A stretch of 64,000 nucleotides of DNA, from assembly GCA_963674745.2 (NCBI GenBank), contig CAXXDV010000003.1, positions 32,001 through 96,000 of the forward strand, given 5' to 3'. A program made the translations under genes and the position numbers. Positions 7,876 to 17,183 of the stretch are shown here, piece after piece; position 1 is the stretch's first letter; each line of letters starts with the position of its first letter. The DNA is from Desulfosudaceae bacterium (GTDB taxonomy: Bacteria > Desulfobacterota > Desulfobacteria > Desulfobacterales > Desulfosudaceae). Under the pieces are notes generated by a model that worked only from the letters and a program-made list of their open reading frames with translations, made no database searches and was not told where the DNA came from.

Positions 7876-8722
7876 AAAACCCATATTCGCTTCTGATTAT
7901 ACAAAAGAAAATGTCGAGCTGGTGCGGCAGACCGCCCTGTACGTCGCCACAAAGATTGGTGACCTTCTGGATCATTGCGTCATTGTCGGAGGGCTGGTGC
8001 CGTCGCTGTTGATTCCGGATGAATCGTTGCCGGCGGATGAAGATGTCCATATCGGAACCATGGATCTGGATCTGGGCCTTTCATTGGCCTTACTCGATAC
8101 GAAACGATATGAAGATCTCAAGATAAGGCTTGTAAGAGCCGGCTTTAAACCGGATGAAAATGAAGACGGGAACCCCACTTTACAAAGGTGGCAAATTTCA
8201 CCGGCCTCAGGCTTGAAGGTGACTGTTGATTTCTTGATCCCTCCAAGCCTTGATGATGACAGAGGAGGGGAGTTGCGTCATATAGAGCAGGACCTTGCTG
8301 CAGTCATAACACCAGGTCTTCATCTGGCTTTTAAGGATAAGCAGGAAGTGCCCTTGGAAGGGGCCACACTGCTTGGTGAAAAAGCGAGCCGTCATATCTG
8401 GATATGCGGTCCGGGAGCGTTTGTCGTGTTGAAAGCCCTGGCCTTTGATCAGCGGGGTGAAAACAAGGATGCATATGATCTTTATTTTGTGATTCGAAAT
8501 TATGGAAGTGGCGTCAATGATGTCTACAGCCACCTTGCTCCATTACTTAACAAGGTGGAAACAAAAAAGGCTCTTGAAATCCTGAGCCGTGATTTTTCGG
8601 AGCCGGATCTGATCGGTCCAAGTCGAGTTGCTCAATTCCTATATCAGAGCCCGCAAGCAAATCTCCAGGCCGATGTTGTAGGCTTTGTTCGAGAACTGTT
8701 AATAAAATGTGGCCAAATATAG
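7868..8722 (+). CDS. AbiEii-like nucleotidyltransferase (putative toxin)
   Basis: IVGG...H-x-GTMDLDL and K...KDAYD motifs; overlaps the antitoxin stop. Confidence 0.72.
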   Translation: MPEKPIFASDYTKENVELVRQTALYVATKIGDLLDHCVIVGGLVPSLLIPDESLPADEDVHIGTMDLDLGLSLALLDTKRYEDLKIRLVRAGFKPDENEDGNPTLQRWQISPASGLKVTVDFLIPPSLDDDRGGELRHIEQDLAAVITPGLHLAFKDKQEVPLEGATLLGEKASRHIWICGPGAFVVLKALAFDQRGENKDAYDLYFVIRNYGSGVNDVYSHLAPLLNKVETKKALEILSRDFSEPDLIGPSRVAQFLYQSPQANLQADVVGFVRELLIKCGQI

Positions 8723-8842
8723 TGACACAAAATTATTCATGATGATGAATAATGACAAAAGGCAGAATGAGACGCTGCTTAAAATTATTTATAAATTACT
8801 GTTATTGTGGGAAAAAATATCAATGTGCCTTGGTGGAAAAAC

Positions 8843-8867
8843 CGGGGTTCAACTCCCGCCGCCCCCA
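8843..8867 (+). other. Second, degenerate tmRNA 3'-end fragment
   Basis: GGGGTTCAACTCCCGCCGCCCCCA, followed by an IHF-like site and TTGTGACCAAA repeats. Confidence 0.65.
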
Positions 8868-8922
8868 ATAATTCTTTAATTATTTCAATTTGTTATAAAA
8901 CAAATTGAAGCCATTTTTGCCG

Positions 8923-8959
8923 ATTGTGACCAAATTGTGACCAAATTGTGGTCACAATT
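8923..8959. repeat. Direct plus inverted TTGTGACC repeats (integrase arm-type-like)
   Basis: TTGTGACCAAATTGTGACCAAATTGTGGTCACAA. Confidence 0.55.
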
Positions 8960-8998
8960 TTTTTTGCCCTGCATTCTCATTCTTCTCCCTGTAAACCC

Positions 8999-9055
8999 GG
9001 GCAATGACAGAGGTGGGCGTCAGGCAATGACATCAAAGGCAAGTCGGGCAATGAC
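8999..9055. repeat. Three (G/A)GGCAATGAC units at 23-24 bp spacing
   Basis: Units at 8999, 9022 and 9046. Confidence 0.8.
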
Positions 9056-9074
9056 GTGGAGGTAAAGGCTGCTA

Positions 9075-10151
9075 TCAGGCAGCCTTTTTTACGTAGTAAT
9101 GATTAAGCAGTCCGCCGAGAAGAGGCTGACAGCGGATGTCTTCGGGATCGGCGGGTTTGTCGGGAAAATCAAACCCGTCTGGTATGCGATTGTTTATACC
9201 CTGGTGAGGTCGTTGTTGATTGTGATGCGTTTCAATGCATTTAAGAACATGCCGAAAATGCCTTTCCCCCAAAGGGATGATATCGTTCAGAGTCTCTCTG
9301 GCTTCCCGGACAAATCGTTCGGCATAGGCATTACACATAGGCGTTTTGGGTGGTGTCTTGACGATTTTGATGCCGTCGGTTTTGATGATTTGATCAAACG
9401 GTATAAAACTTGAATCCCGATCATGAATAATATACCTGCAGGGCGCCTGGTCATCGGCAAGTTTCATGGACAGGTTTCTGGCCTGCTGTTTCATCCAGGC
9501 AGCATTCGGGTGAGGCGTGCAGCCGGCGATATGCACGCTACGGGTGCCAAGGTGAATGAAAAACAGCACGTAGAACGTAACCAAGCCTCTTGTTGTCCAG
9601 ACTTCCTCGGTAAAAAAGTCGGTGGCCCAGATAACGTTTAAATGAGACTTAATGAAGGTTGCCCAGGGCAGGCCTTTGCGTTGAGGTGAGGGCGGCAGGC
9701 CGTGCTTTTTTAAGATGTTGGCCACAGTAGTGGGTGAAAGGCAGTGGCCCAGTTTCATCAGCTCACCGGCGATACGGATATAGCCAATATTGTTTTCATG
9801 GGCGATCTTCAAGGCCAGGATTTCCGTCTGTTCCGGCGTCTTTGGCCGCCCTGGTTTTTTACGGGTATTGTCATACGTCCATTTGGATTTTTTCATGCGC
9901 CGGTGCCAGGCCAGCAAAGTCTCGGGTTTTACAATAGAGATGATCTGGGCCAGCCGATCCTTTATGGGCATACCAACGCTGACCAGAATCCGGCGTTCCG
10001 CGTCTGTCAATGGAACGCGCTTGCCGATTTTGCTGCGCAGGATTTTATTCTCCTGCCGCAGGTAAGCATTCTCAAGAGCGATGCGGGATTTGAACAATCG
10101 GCCGATAGCCGCTAAAAACTGTGTTGCCTGAAGCGATAACTTGCCTTCCAT
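9075..10151 (-). CDS. Integrase-core (rve) DDE transposase
   Basis: WATDFF, IHDRDS, NAYAERFV and RPHQG motifs. Confidence 0.9.
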   Translation of the reverse strand: MEGKLSLQATQFLAAIGRLFKSRIALENAYLRQENKILRSKIGKRVPLTDAERRILVSVGMPIKDRLAQIISIVKPETLLAWHRRMKKSKWTYDNTRKKPGRPKTPEQTEILALKIAHENNIGYIRIAGELMKLGHCLSPTTVANILKKHGLPPSPQRKGLPWATFIKSHLNVIWATDFFTEEVWTTRGLVTFYVLFFIHLGTRSVHIAGCTPHPNAAWMKQQARNLSMKLADDQAPCRYIIHDRDSSFIPFDQIIKTDGIKIVKTPPKTPMCNAYAERFVREARETLNDIIPLGERHFRHVLKCIETHHNQQRPHQGINNRIPDGFDFPDKPADPEDIRCQPLLGGLLNHYYVKKAA

Positions 10152-10232
10152 GGCTTTCTTTCATATGAGAAGGTTTTGATGTTTTAGGGTTCGTTATTGA
10201 CTGTGGTTCGGCATTATCATGGTAGAGAAAGT

Positions 10233-10301
10233 CATGTCAATATCTCTGATTTGAAAAAGATCCGCAGTAAATGCCATCCACGGGAGAGGGACCCAGTTTG
10301 A
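10233..10301 (+). pseudogene. XerD-like tyrosine recombinase C-terminal remnant (short copy)
   Basis: HVNISDLKKIRSKCHPRE; near-identical to 16359-16427. Confidence 0.65.
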
Positions 10302-10413
10302 TTCGGGAAACAAAAAATACTTTTGATTATCGAGAAAATATGATTTATTAAAATCATAATTAAATTAACTGGTTGGCATATTTTATGGGTTTGGTATGTA
10401 TGGCCGACTTTTC

Positions 10414-10442
10414 TTGACAAGAAGTTTAGCGGGGCTTATTCT
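10414..10442 (+). promoter_or_regulatory. Sigma70-like promoter for the candidate sRNA
   Basis: TTGACA-17 bp-TATTCT. Confidence 0.55.
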
Positions 10443-10448
10443 TAATGC

Positions 10449-10513
10449 TGTTAATTACCCCTACGGTTTCGACCTAGGGCGCGGGGCTGCTTCGGCAGCC
10501 CCTGCTTTTTTTT
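10449..10513 (+). ncRNA. Candidate ~65-nt small RNA (two UUCG hairpins; the second is a terminator)
   Basis: CCCTA(C)GGT[TTCG]ACCTAGGG, then GCGGGGCTGC[TTCG]GCAGCCCCTGC plus T8; no ORF. Confidence 0.5.
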
Positions 10514-10660
10514 GGCCTTCCATGAAAATATAGATTTATGCTGAAAGAGATCCTGTCTGATTCGGTAGAAGGTTGTACTTTTTAGGTGATTTTAGCAGGA
10601 AGCGGAAGCCACGCCAATAAAGATAATAAGCGTGGCTGAAGCCCGAGCACGGAGACCTAC

Positions 10661-10751
10661 CTTTCTGATGATAAAATGTTGGTTATCTGTAAAAGATTGA
10701 CGCCGTGATTTTATGGGTATATATGGGTAATATTACGGGTATGAAAAAGGG
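10661..10751 (+). repeat. ~90-bp direct repeat, copy 1 (fic promoter region)
   Basis: Matches 11942-12031. Confidence 0.85.
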
Positions 10752-10759
10752 GGCAAATC

Positions 10760-11809
10760 ATGAAAGAACCTTCTGTAACTATCACAAAAGAGATATTGAG
10801 TTTGATTACCGGGATAGACGAGTTCAAGGGTGAGTGGAAGGCCCTTGGTAATCTGGCTCCCGACCGGCTCAATGCTTTAAAAAGAGTTGCCACAATAGAA
10901 TCCATTGGATCGTCAACGAGAATTGAAGGTGTAAGATTGACGGACCAGGAAATAGAACAACTCTTATCCGGGCTTGATAAAAAATCTTTCAGCTCAAGAG
11001 ATGAAGAAGAAGTCGCCGGGTATGCCGAAGTAATGAACATTGTTTTTGAATCGTTTGAAGATATTCCGCTGACGGAAAATTATATTAAGCAGCTGCATAA
11101 AATTTTGTTGAAATACAGTTCAAAGGACACACGCCATCGAGGACAATATAAGAAAATGCCGAATCATGTGGAGGCGTTTGATAATACCGGCAAAAGCCTG
11201 GGGATTATTTTTGAGACCTCGACGCCTTTTGATACGCCGAAGGATATGACCGCGTTGTTCAAGTGGACAAACAGCAAACTTGAAGACAAAGAACTTCATC
11301 CATTGCTGATTATTGCGATATTTGTCGTTCATTTTTTGGCCATACATCCCTTCCAGGACGGCAATGGGAGATTGTCCAGAATACTGACGACACTGCTGCT
11401 TTTAAAAAGCGGCTATGCGTATGTGCCTTACAGTTCCCTGGAAAGTGTTATTGAGCGAAACAAGGAAAATTACTATCTGGCATTACGGAGAACCCAGAAA
11501 ACTTTCAAATCAAAGAACGTCAAACACGACGCGTGGATACTGTTCTTTTTGAAATCGCTTAAAGCCCAGAAAGACATGCTTGCCCAAAAAATCGAACGAG
11601 AAAAAATAATTACAAAACTTCCAAAGATATCAAAACAGATCATTGGACTGATAAAAGAACATGGAGAATTGTCAATATCTGAAATTGAAACCATGACAAA
11701 AGCCAACAGGAATACAATAAAAGTAAGGTTGCGTGAACTTGTAGCAGATGGGTATTTAGTCCAGCAGGGAAAAGGAAAAGGAACCAGATATACAATCGGC
11801 ATCAGATAA
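10760..11809 (+). CDS. Fic family protein with C-terminal wHTH
   Basis: HPFQDGNGRLSR catalytic motif; STRIEG inhibitory-type motif. Confidence 0.95.
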   Translation: MKEPSVTITKEILSLITGIDEFKGEWKALGNLAPDRLNALKRVATIESIGSSTRIEGVRLTDQEIEQLLSGLDKKSFSSRDEEEVAGYAEVMNIVFESFEDIPLTENYIKQLHKILLKYSSKDTRHRGQYKKMPNHVEAFDNTGKSLGIIFETSTPFDTPKDMTALFKWTNSKLEDKELHPLLIIAIFVVHFLAIHPFQDGNGRLSRILTTLLLLKSGYAYVPYSSLESVIERNKENYYLALRRTQKTFKSKNVKHDAWILFFLKSLKAQKDMLAQKIEREKIITKLPKISKQIIGLIKEHGELSISEIETMTKANRNTIKVRLRELVADGYLVQQGKGKGTRYTIGIR

Positions 11810-11842
11810 CCTGCGTGGGCGGACAGCTTCCGCAATTATTCT

Positions 11843-11941
11843 TTACCCGAGTTTCTTCTTTAGCAGTACGTTTTCTATAAACGTATCAATCGTTTTGAGG
11901 AAGGGCTTTTGTCGGCCTGCCGGTAGTCTCTCGATCTTTTT
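11843..11941 (-). pseudogene. Possible C-terminal remnant of an XRE-type regulator
   Basis: KKIERLPAGRQKPFLKTIDTFIENVLLKKKLG*; resemblance judged by eye only. Confidence 0.35.
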
Positions 11942-12031
11942 CTTTCTGATGAAAAATGTTGGAGATCTGCAAAGGATTGACACCGTGATTTTATGGGTAT
12001 ATATGGGTAGTGTTGTGGGTGTGAAAAAGGG
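11942..12031 (+). repeat. ~90-bp direct repeat, copy 2
   Basis: Matches 10661-10751. Confidence 0.85.
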
Positions 12032-12175
12032 CGCTGGCTTTTTTTTTCGACCACCTACACCTATGAATCAACAAGAATTTTTGAAAAGCAGCTCTTTGAC
12101 AATCAGAAAAATTTTAATAAACAATCGATACCATTAGAAGAATTCGGTTGGTCAAAAACGACCAAGGCAATTCTC

Positions 12176-12964
12176 AACGCCGAAAACCGCCATACCTCGG
12201 TTGCTCCGCAGACGCCTGCCTCGGGTGATACCAAGGTCGAATTTTTGTATGACTACATGGGCCGGCGGGTTAAGAAATCCCTGTCATCATACAACGGCAC
12301 CGACTGGTCAGAAACTTCCATTACGCTGTTTGTCTACGACGGCTGGAATCTAATCCAGGAACTTGACGGCACGCAGACTACCCCGACCGTTCAGAAATCC
12401 TATGCCTGGGGGCTTGACCTTTCTCAGAGTCTGCAAGGCGCGGGCGGAGTCGGGGGCCTGTTAGCCATGACCGACGGCACAAGCACCTATCTCTACTGCT
12501 ACGACGGCAACGGAAACGTCGGCCAGATGATTGATACTTCCGGTTCCCTGGTTGCCAATTATCAATACGATCCGTTCGGAAAGATGATTTATTCCGATGG
12601 CCTTCTAAAAGACAACAATCCTTTTGGGTTCTCGACTAAATATGCAGATCCTGAAACTGGACTGTATTACTACGGTTACAGATATTACTCAAGTGAGTTG
12701 GGGAGGTGGTTGAGAAGAGATCCAATAGGAGGGATTGGTGAGTTTGATTTATATTTATTTAATTTGAACAACGCCATCGGCCACATTGATGTTTTAGGGC
12801 TCAAACGGAGAGATAGGTTACCACCTAATTATGACTGGCGATATGGTAATCCTTACTATAATAGACTCGGCCAATCTATGAAACTGAGCATGACAAAGCC
12901 TTCATCGGGAAAATCTATTCAATGGTCTCTTATTAAAAATTTTATGGCTCTTCCGGCATTCTAA
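12176..12964 (+). pseudogene. Rhs repeat-associated core fragment; toxin tip cut by ISL3
   Basis: NAENR...YDYMGRR...GAGGVGGLL...YGYRYY...GRWLRRDP...DVLGL; N-terminus absent. Confidence 0.9.
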
Positions 12965-13445
12965 TGGGTCTATATAACATATTGTGTTTCAGCTATAAAG
13001 AATTCCATGGATGATAAAACATTATATACAAAGATATTAGGGTTAAAGCCACCCTGGTTCATCACAGAGGTGGCAGTTAAAGAAAAACAAAATCGTATTG
13101 ACATCTGGGTAAACCATGAGCCTGGCATACGCGTACGGTGTCCTGTGTGCGAGAAGTTTTATGGCGTATATGACCACGGTCCTGAACGCGTATTTCGTCA
13201 TTTGGACACATGCCAGATGAGCACGTTTATTCACGTAAGATTGCCGCGGGTCAACTGTCCGGATCACGGGGTTAAGCGTATAGACTCCGAATTTGGAGAA
13301 AATGGTTCGGATATGACCTTTGCCTTTGAAAGCTTTGTTATTCGTGTGGTTCAAGAATGCAGTATGGAGGCAAGTTCGCGCCTTTGCGGATTGAGCTGGG
13401 ATCGATGCTGGAATGTGGTGACCAGAGCAGTCAATCGAGGCCTCA
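12946..13445 (+). mobile_element. ISL3 family element, left end plus truncated transposase (ORF 13007-13522)
   Basis: GGCTCT end; ILGL-x-PPW, CPVC, RHLDT and PRV-x-CPDHG motifs; homology ends near RAVNRGL. Confidence 0.85.
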
Positions 13446-13713
13446 AGCTTAAGGGGGAAAAAATGGGGACGTCTATGCTTTTATGCGTTTCTCACAGCGT
13501 TTTCATGTGTGTTAGTGGGTGACGGTTTTTTTGCCCAACGGCCATAGGGAATGTTATCAATCTTATGGTCAAAAAAACTCAAAAACCCTGGAATGTACAA
13601 TGTGGGAGGTCAATTTGTATATTCCAGGGTAAGCGTCAAGTTAACCCCATCTTCACAAGCTGGGCGAGCCGTGTCAAGATAGCGCCAAAAATTTAATTCG
13701 GAAAGGCGCTATT

Positions 13714-14043
13714 ATGAAAAACAAGAAAATTAACCGCGAACAGGAACGAGCGGAGAAACGACGGTTCTGGGAACGGCATATTCAGATGTGGCGGGCCAGT
13801 GGCCTGAGCCAGACGGAATATCAGCGAAAAAACAATTTGTCTAAATGGCAATTTGTGTACTGGAAGAAAAAGTTCGAACAACCGGTTTCATCAGATGTCT
13901 CCCTGGTTCCGATTTCCTTGCCGCAAGCCATGCCGTCCGCACCGTTAAGCCTGGTCGTTAATAACCGATACCGGATAGAAGTATCCGAAGGATTTCAGCC
14001 GTTGGTTCTGGAGCAGGTTCTGGAAGTAGTGGACCGGCGATGA
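13714..14043 (+). CDS. tnpA: IS66 accessory protein TnpA
   Basis: W...WRASGLSQ...YWKKK HTH. Confidence 0.9.
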   Translation: MKNKKINREQERAEKRRFWERHIQMWRASGLSQTEYQRKNNLSKWQFVYWKKKFEQPVSSDVSLVPISLPQAMPSAPLSLVVNNRYRIEVSEGFQPLVLEQVLEVVDRR

Positions 14044-14393
14044 TGTTCTTTCCCAGCCAAACGCGGGCTTTTCTGGTGATGGGTCATACGGATATGAGAA
14101 AATCCATCAATGGCCTGTCCATTATGGTGGAAGGCCAGATTGAACTTGACCCGTTTTCCGGCCATTTATTTGTTTTTTGCAATCGGCGTCAAACGATCCT
14201 CAAAATATTATACTGGCATCGGAACGGTTTTTGTCTATGGCACAAGCGTCTGGAGAAAGAAAAATTTCGCTGGCCAGAGTCGTATGATGAGGTTATGGAG
14301 ATCGGTTCCCGGCGTTTGGGGTGGTTGCTGGACGGGCTTGAGATTACCCAGGTTCGGGGACATGATAGGCTTCAATATTCCACAGTCATTTAA
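14040..14393 (+). CDS. tnpB: IS66 accessory protein TnpB
   Basis: TDMRKSINGL, LFVFCNR, KRLEK. Confidence 0.95.
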   Translation: MMFFPSQTRAFLVMGHTDMRKSINGLSIMVEGQIELDPFSGHLFVFCNRRQTILKILYWHRNGFCLWHKRLEKEKFRWPESYDEVMEIGSRRLGWLLDGLEITQVRGHDRLQYSTVI

Positions 14394-14461
14394 GTAAAAA
14401 ATTACTACATAATCATAAAACAGGCTTGACATTGCATGATGGTTTTGTTATGTAAACCATT

Positions 14462-16054
14462 ATGAACAGTGAGTCTGCACAACTTCAGAATACCATAAAA
14501 GATCTCAATAAAGTCATTCAGTCAGACAATGAATTGATTCAATTTCAGCATACCCGTATTGAGCATTTAGAAAAACAGAATCGTCTTCTAAGAGCCAAGC
14601 TGTTCGGCAAAAAATCAGAAAAGCACATATTTGACACCGATGACAAGCAGATGACCCTGTTTGACGAGGCCGAGGATATTGCTGAAGATGCCGACGAAAA
14701 AGAAGAAAAGATAGCGGTTACCGGGCATTCCAGGAAAAAAGGCGGTCGCAAGCCCCTGCCTGATGACCTGCCGCGCATAGACGTTATTCACGATATTCCG
14801 GAAGAAGAAAAGATGTGCGCCTGCGGCTGTGAAATGAGCCGTATCGGCAAAGACATTTCCGAGAAACTGGATGTTATTCCGGCCAAAGTACAGGTTATTC
14901 GCCATATTCGATACAAATACGCTTGCAAACAATGTGAAGGCGTAGAATCCGAACAAGGAGCAGTCAAGACAGCGCCGCTACCGCCGCAACTTATTCCGCA
15001 AAGCATCGCCACACCGGGCCTGCTAGCCCATATCCTGACAGCCAAGTTTGCCGACAGCCTGCCGTTTTACCGCCAGGAAAAGCAGTTTACCCGGATCGGG
15101 GTCGATCTTCCCCGGGCTACCATGGCCAACTGGACCATTCAGGCGGCAAAAAGGTGTCAGCCCTTGATTGACGGCCTATGCCAAGAGATCCGATCCGGTC
15201 CATTGATCGGCATGGATGAAACCACGGTTCAGGTTTTGAATGAACCCGGCCGGAATAATACCAGCAAATCCTATATGTGGGTTTTCCGCGGAGGTGATCC
15301 GGATAAACCGGCGCTGATCTATCAATATCACCCCACGCGATCCGGAGAGGTTCCTAAGAATTTCATAAACGGCTACGAGGGCTATATCCAGACTGATGGT
15401 TATAAAGGTTATAACAGCCTGGAGCAAGCCTCCAATATTATTCACATCGGCTGCTGGGCGCACGCACGCCGTAAGTTTCATGAAGTGATTAAGGCCCGTC
15501 AGCCGGTAAAAAAAGGGAAGCCGCAGAAACCCGGCAGCGCGGAAAAGGCCATGAGTTTCATCGGCAAACTGTACCAAGTGGAAAGCCGAGCCGATAAAGC
15601 GGAACTTTCCCCGGATCAACGGCGCGAGCTTCGACAGGCTGAGGTCTTGCCAATCTTGGAATCTTTTAAAAAGTGGCTGGACAAACGCAGTCAACAGACA
15701 CCGCCTCAAGGACTGCTGGGAAAAGCTATCAATTACACTCTGGACCAATGGGACCGGCTGACCGGCTATGTTCAGGACGGACGTCTGCGACCCGATAACA
15801 ACCTGGTGGAGAACGCCATTCGGCCCTTTGTTTTGGGACGAAAAAACTGGTTATTTTCCGGGCATCCCCGGGGTGCGGCCGCCAGCGCCGCCATCTTCAG
15901 CCTGATCGAAACGGCCAAGGCGAACGGGCTGGAACCTTATGCGTACTTGCGATATATTTTTGAGCAGATTCCACTGATCGACGGCACCCCGGAAGAATAC
16001 AAAAAATTACTGCCGCAACACCTCGATCCAGCCGCTCTGAGTTCCCCGACCTGA
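14462..16054 (+). CDS. tnpC: IS66 transposase TnpC
   Basis: MDET, QTDGY, CWAHARRKF, DNNLVENAIRP. Confidence 0.96.
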   Translation: MNSESAQLQNTIKDLNKVIQSDNELIQFQHTRIEHLEKQNRLLRAKLFGKKSEKHIFDTDDKQMTLFDEAEDIAEDADEKEEKIAVTGHSRKKGGRKPLPDDLPRIDVIHDIPEEEKMCACGCEMSRIGKDISEKLDVIPAKVQVIRHIRYKYACKQCEGVESEQGAVKTAPLPPQLIPQSIATPGLLAHILTAKFADSLPFYRQEKQFTRIGVDLPRATMANWTIQAAKRCQPLIDGLCQEIRSGPLIGMDETTVQVLNEPGRNNTSKSYMWVFRGGDPDKPALIYQYHPTRSGEVPKNFINGYEGYIQTDGYKGYNSLEQASNIIHIGCWAHARRKFHEVIKARQPVKKGKPQKPGSAEKAMSFIGKLYQVESRADKAELSPDQRRELRQAEVLPILESFKKWLDKRSQQTPPQGLLGKAINYTLDQWDRLTGYVQDGRLRPDNNLVENAIRPFVLGRKNWLFSGHPRGAAASAAIFSLIETAKANGLEPYAYLRYIFEQIPLIDGTPEEYKKLLPQHLDPAALSSPT

Positions 16055-16264
16055 TGGGGTGGGGTTAACTTGACGCTTACATTCCAGGGTTTTTGCCTTT
16101 TTGCGCCACGCCCGCAAAAAGCGCACCCATTCTGCCGGCCGTCCTCGCCTGTTGCCGTGCGGGTAAGCGTTTCTTTCATATGAGAAGGTTTTGATTTCGG
16201 GATTTGTTAATGACTGTGGTTCGGCATTATCATGTGAGTGCAAGTCATGTCAATGGAAGAGATC

Positions 16265-16427
16265 TGCGCTACAGGCATGCTAAAGAATAATGCGAACATC
16301 CGGGCTGTCCAGGAGCTTTTAGACCATGCTATTTCTTGACGCCACGCAGACCTACACGCATGTCAATATCTCTGATATGAAAAAGATCCACAGTCAATGC
16401 CATCCACGGGAGAGGGCCCCTGTATAA
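16265..16427 (+). pseudogene. XerD-like tyrosine recombinase C-terminal remnant, frameshifted
   Basis: CATGMLKNNANIRAVQELLDHA / LDATQTYTHVNISDMKKIHSQCHPRE (box II with catalytic Tyr). Confidence 0.8.
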
Positions 16428-16479
16428 GAGAAAATTATTCTGTTGGGAAGAAGGGTAAGATAGTTTTTTGATGTGATGA

Positions 16480-16707
16480 TTATGTTGAATTGTCGTTGAA
16501 GTCCTTTTCAGGTATATCAGCCTGTTTTAAGATAGTCTTAAGCGTCCAGCGATCTATCTCTTTATGATCGGGGACAATTAGGACCTGCCCTGTAGTGTAG
16601 TTTTTTATTTTGATGTGGCTTCCCTTTTGAGAAACTTTTTCATACCCAAGCTTTTGCAATACCTTGATCAGTCTGCGCCCGGATATCAGGTGCGGCTTGG
16701 GACTCAT
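16480..16707 (-). CDS. hicA: HicA family toxin
   Basis: QKGSH motif; VPDH. Confidence 0.92.
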   Translation of the reverse strand: MSPKPHLISGRRLIKVLQKLGYEKVSQKGSHIKIKNYTTGQVLIVPDHKEIDRWTLKTILKQADIPEKDFNDNST

Positions 16708-16910
16708 ACAGAAAGCTCACTGACTTTATACTGGTCTTTGGGAAGCGGAAAGTCCACCGGGTCTACTTCGAGGTAAAGCTCTATGGCTTCTTTGAGGTTT
16801 TTGAGTGCTTCTTCTTCTGTTCGTCCCTGAGTCACACATCCTTTAAGGGCGGGACAATAGGCCGTAATGTAACCGTCCATTCCTTGCTCTAAAACAATTT
16901 TAAGCTTCAT
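16704..16910 (-). CDS. hicB: HicB family antitoxin (short form)
   Basis: CPALKGCVTQGRTEEEALKNLKEAIELYL. Confidence 0.92.
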   Translation of the reverse strand: MKLKIVLEQGMDGYITAYCPALKGCVTQGRTEEEALKNLKEAIELYLEVDPVDFPLPKDQYKVSELSV

Positions 16911-17183
16911 TTTGTTGCTCCTACAAATCACTTTGCCTGAAGTGCTGTGTTCTCATCAGGTAAAGGGCTCACCTTAAATCACTGTTTAACATCTACAATC
17001 AATTATTATTGATAATAGCAGGCATGTCAAAGAATATTTGTCGATTTTGATTGTGGAGAGGGAAACCAGCCTTATACTATGCAAAAATTCGTACGGAGAG
17101 AGAAATAGCCATACTAAGGGCTCAAAAAGAAAAAGGCAGAAATATTTCATCCGTTTTTGTGCTTTGCTTGACCTGTTTGATGA

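Larger units (their letters stand above)
13629..16080 (+). mobile_element. Complete IS66 family element with 8-bp target duplication ATTCCAGG
   Basis: IRs GTAAGCGTCAAGTTAACCCCA at both ends; TSD at 13621-13628 and 16081-16088. Confidence 0.97.

Noticed and set aside
16265..16427. Integron integrase for the array
   Set aside because: A short frameshifted XerD-like tail (HPRE ending) located distal to the array; not recognisably IntI.
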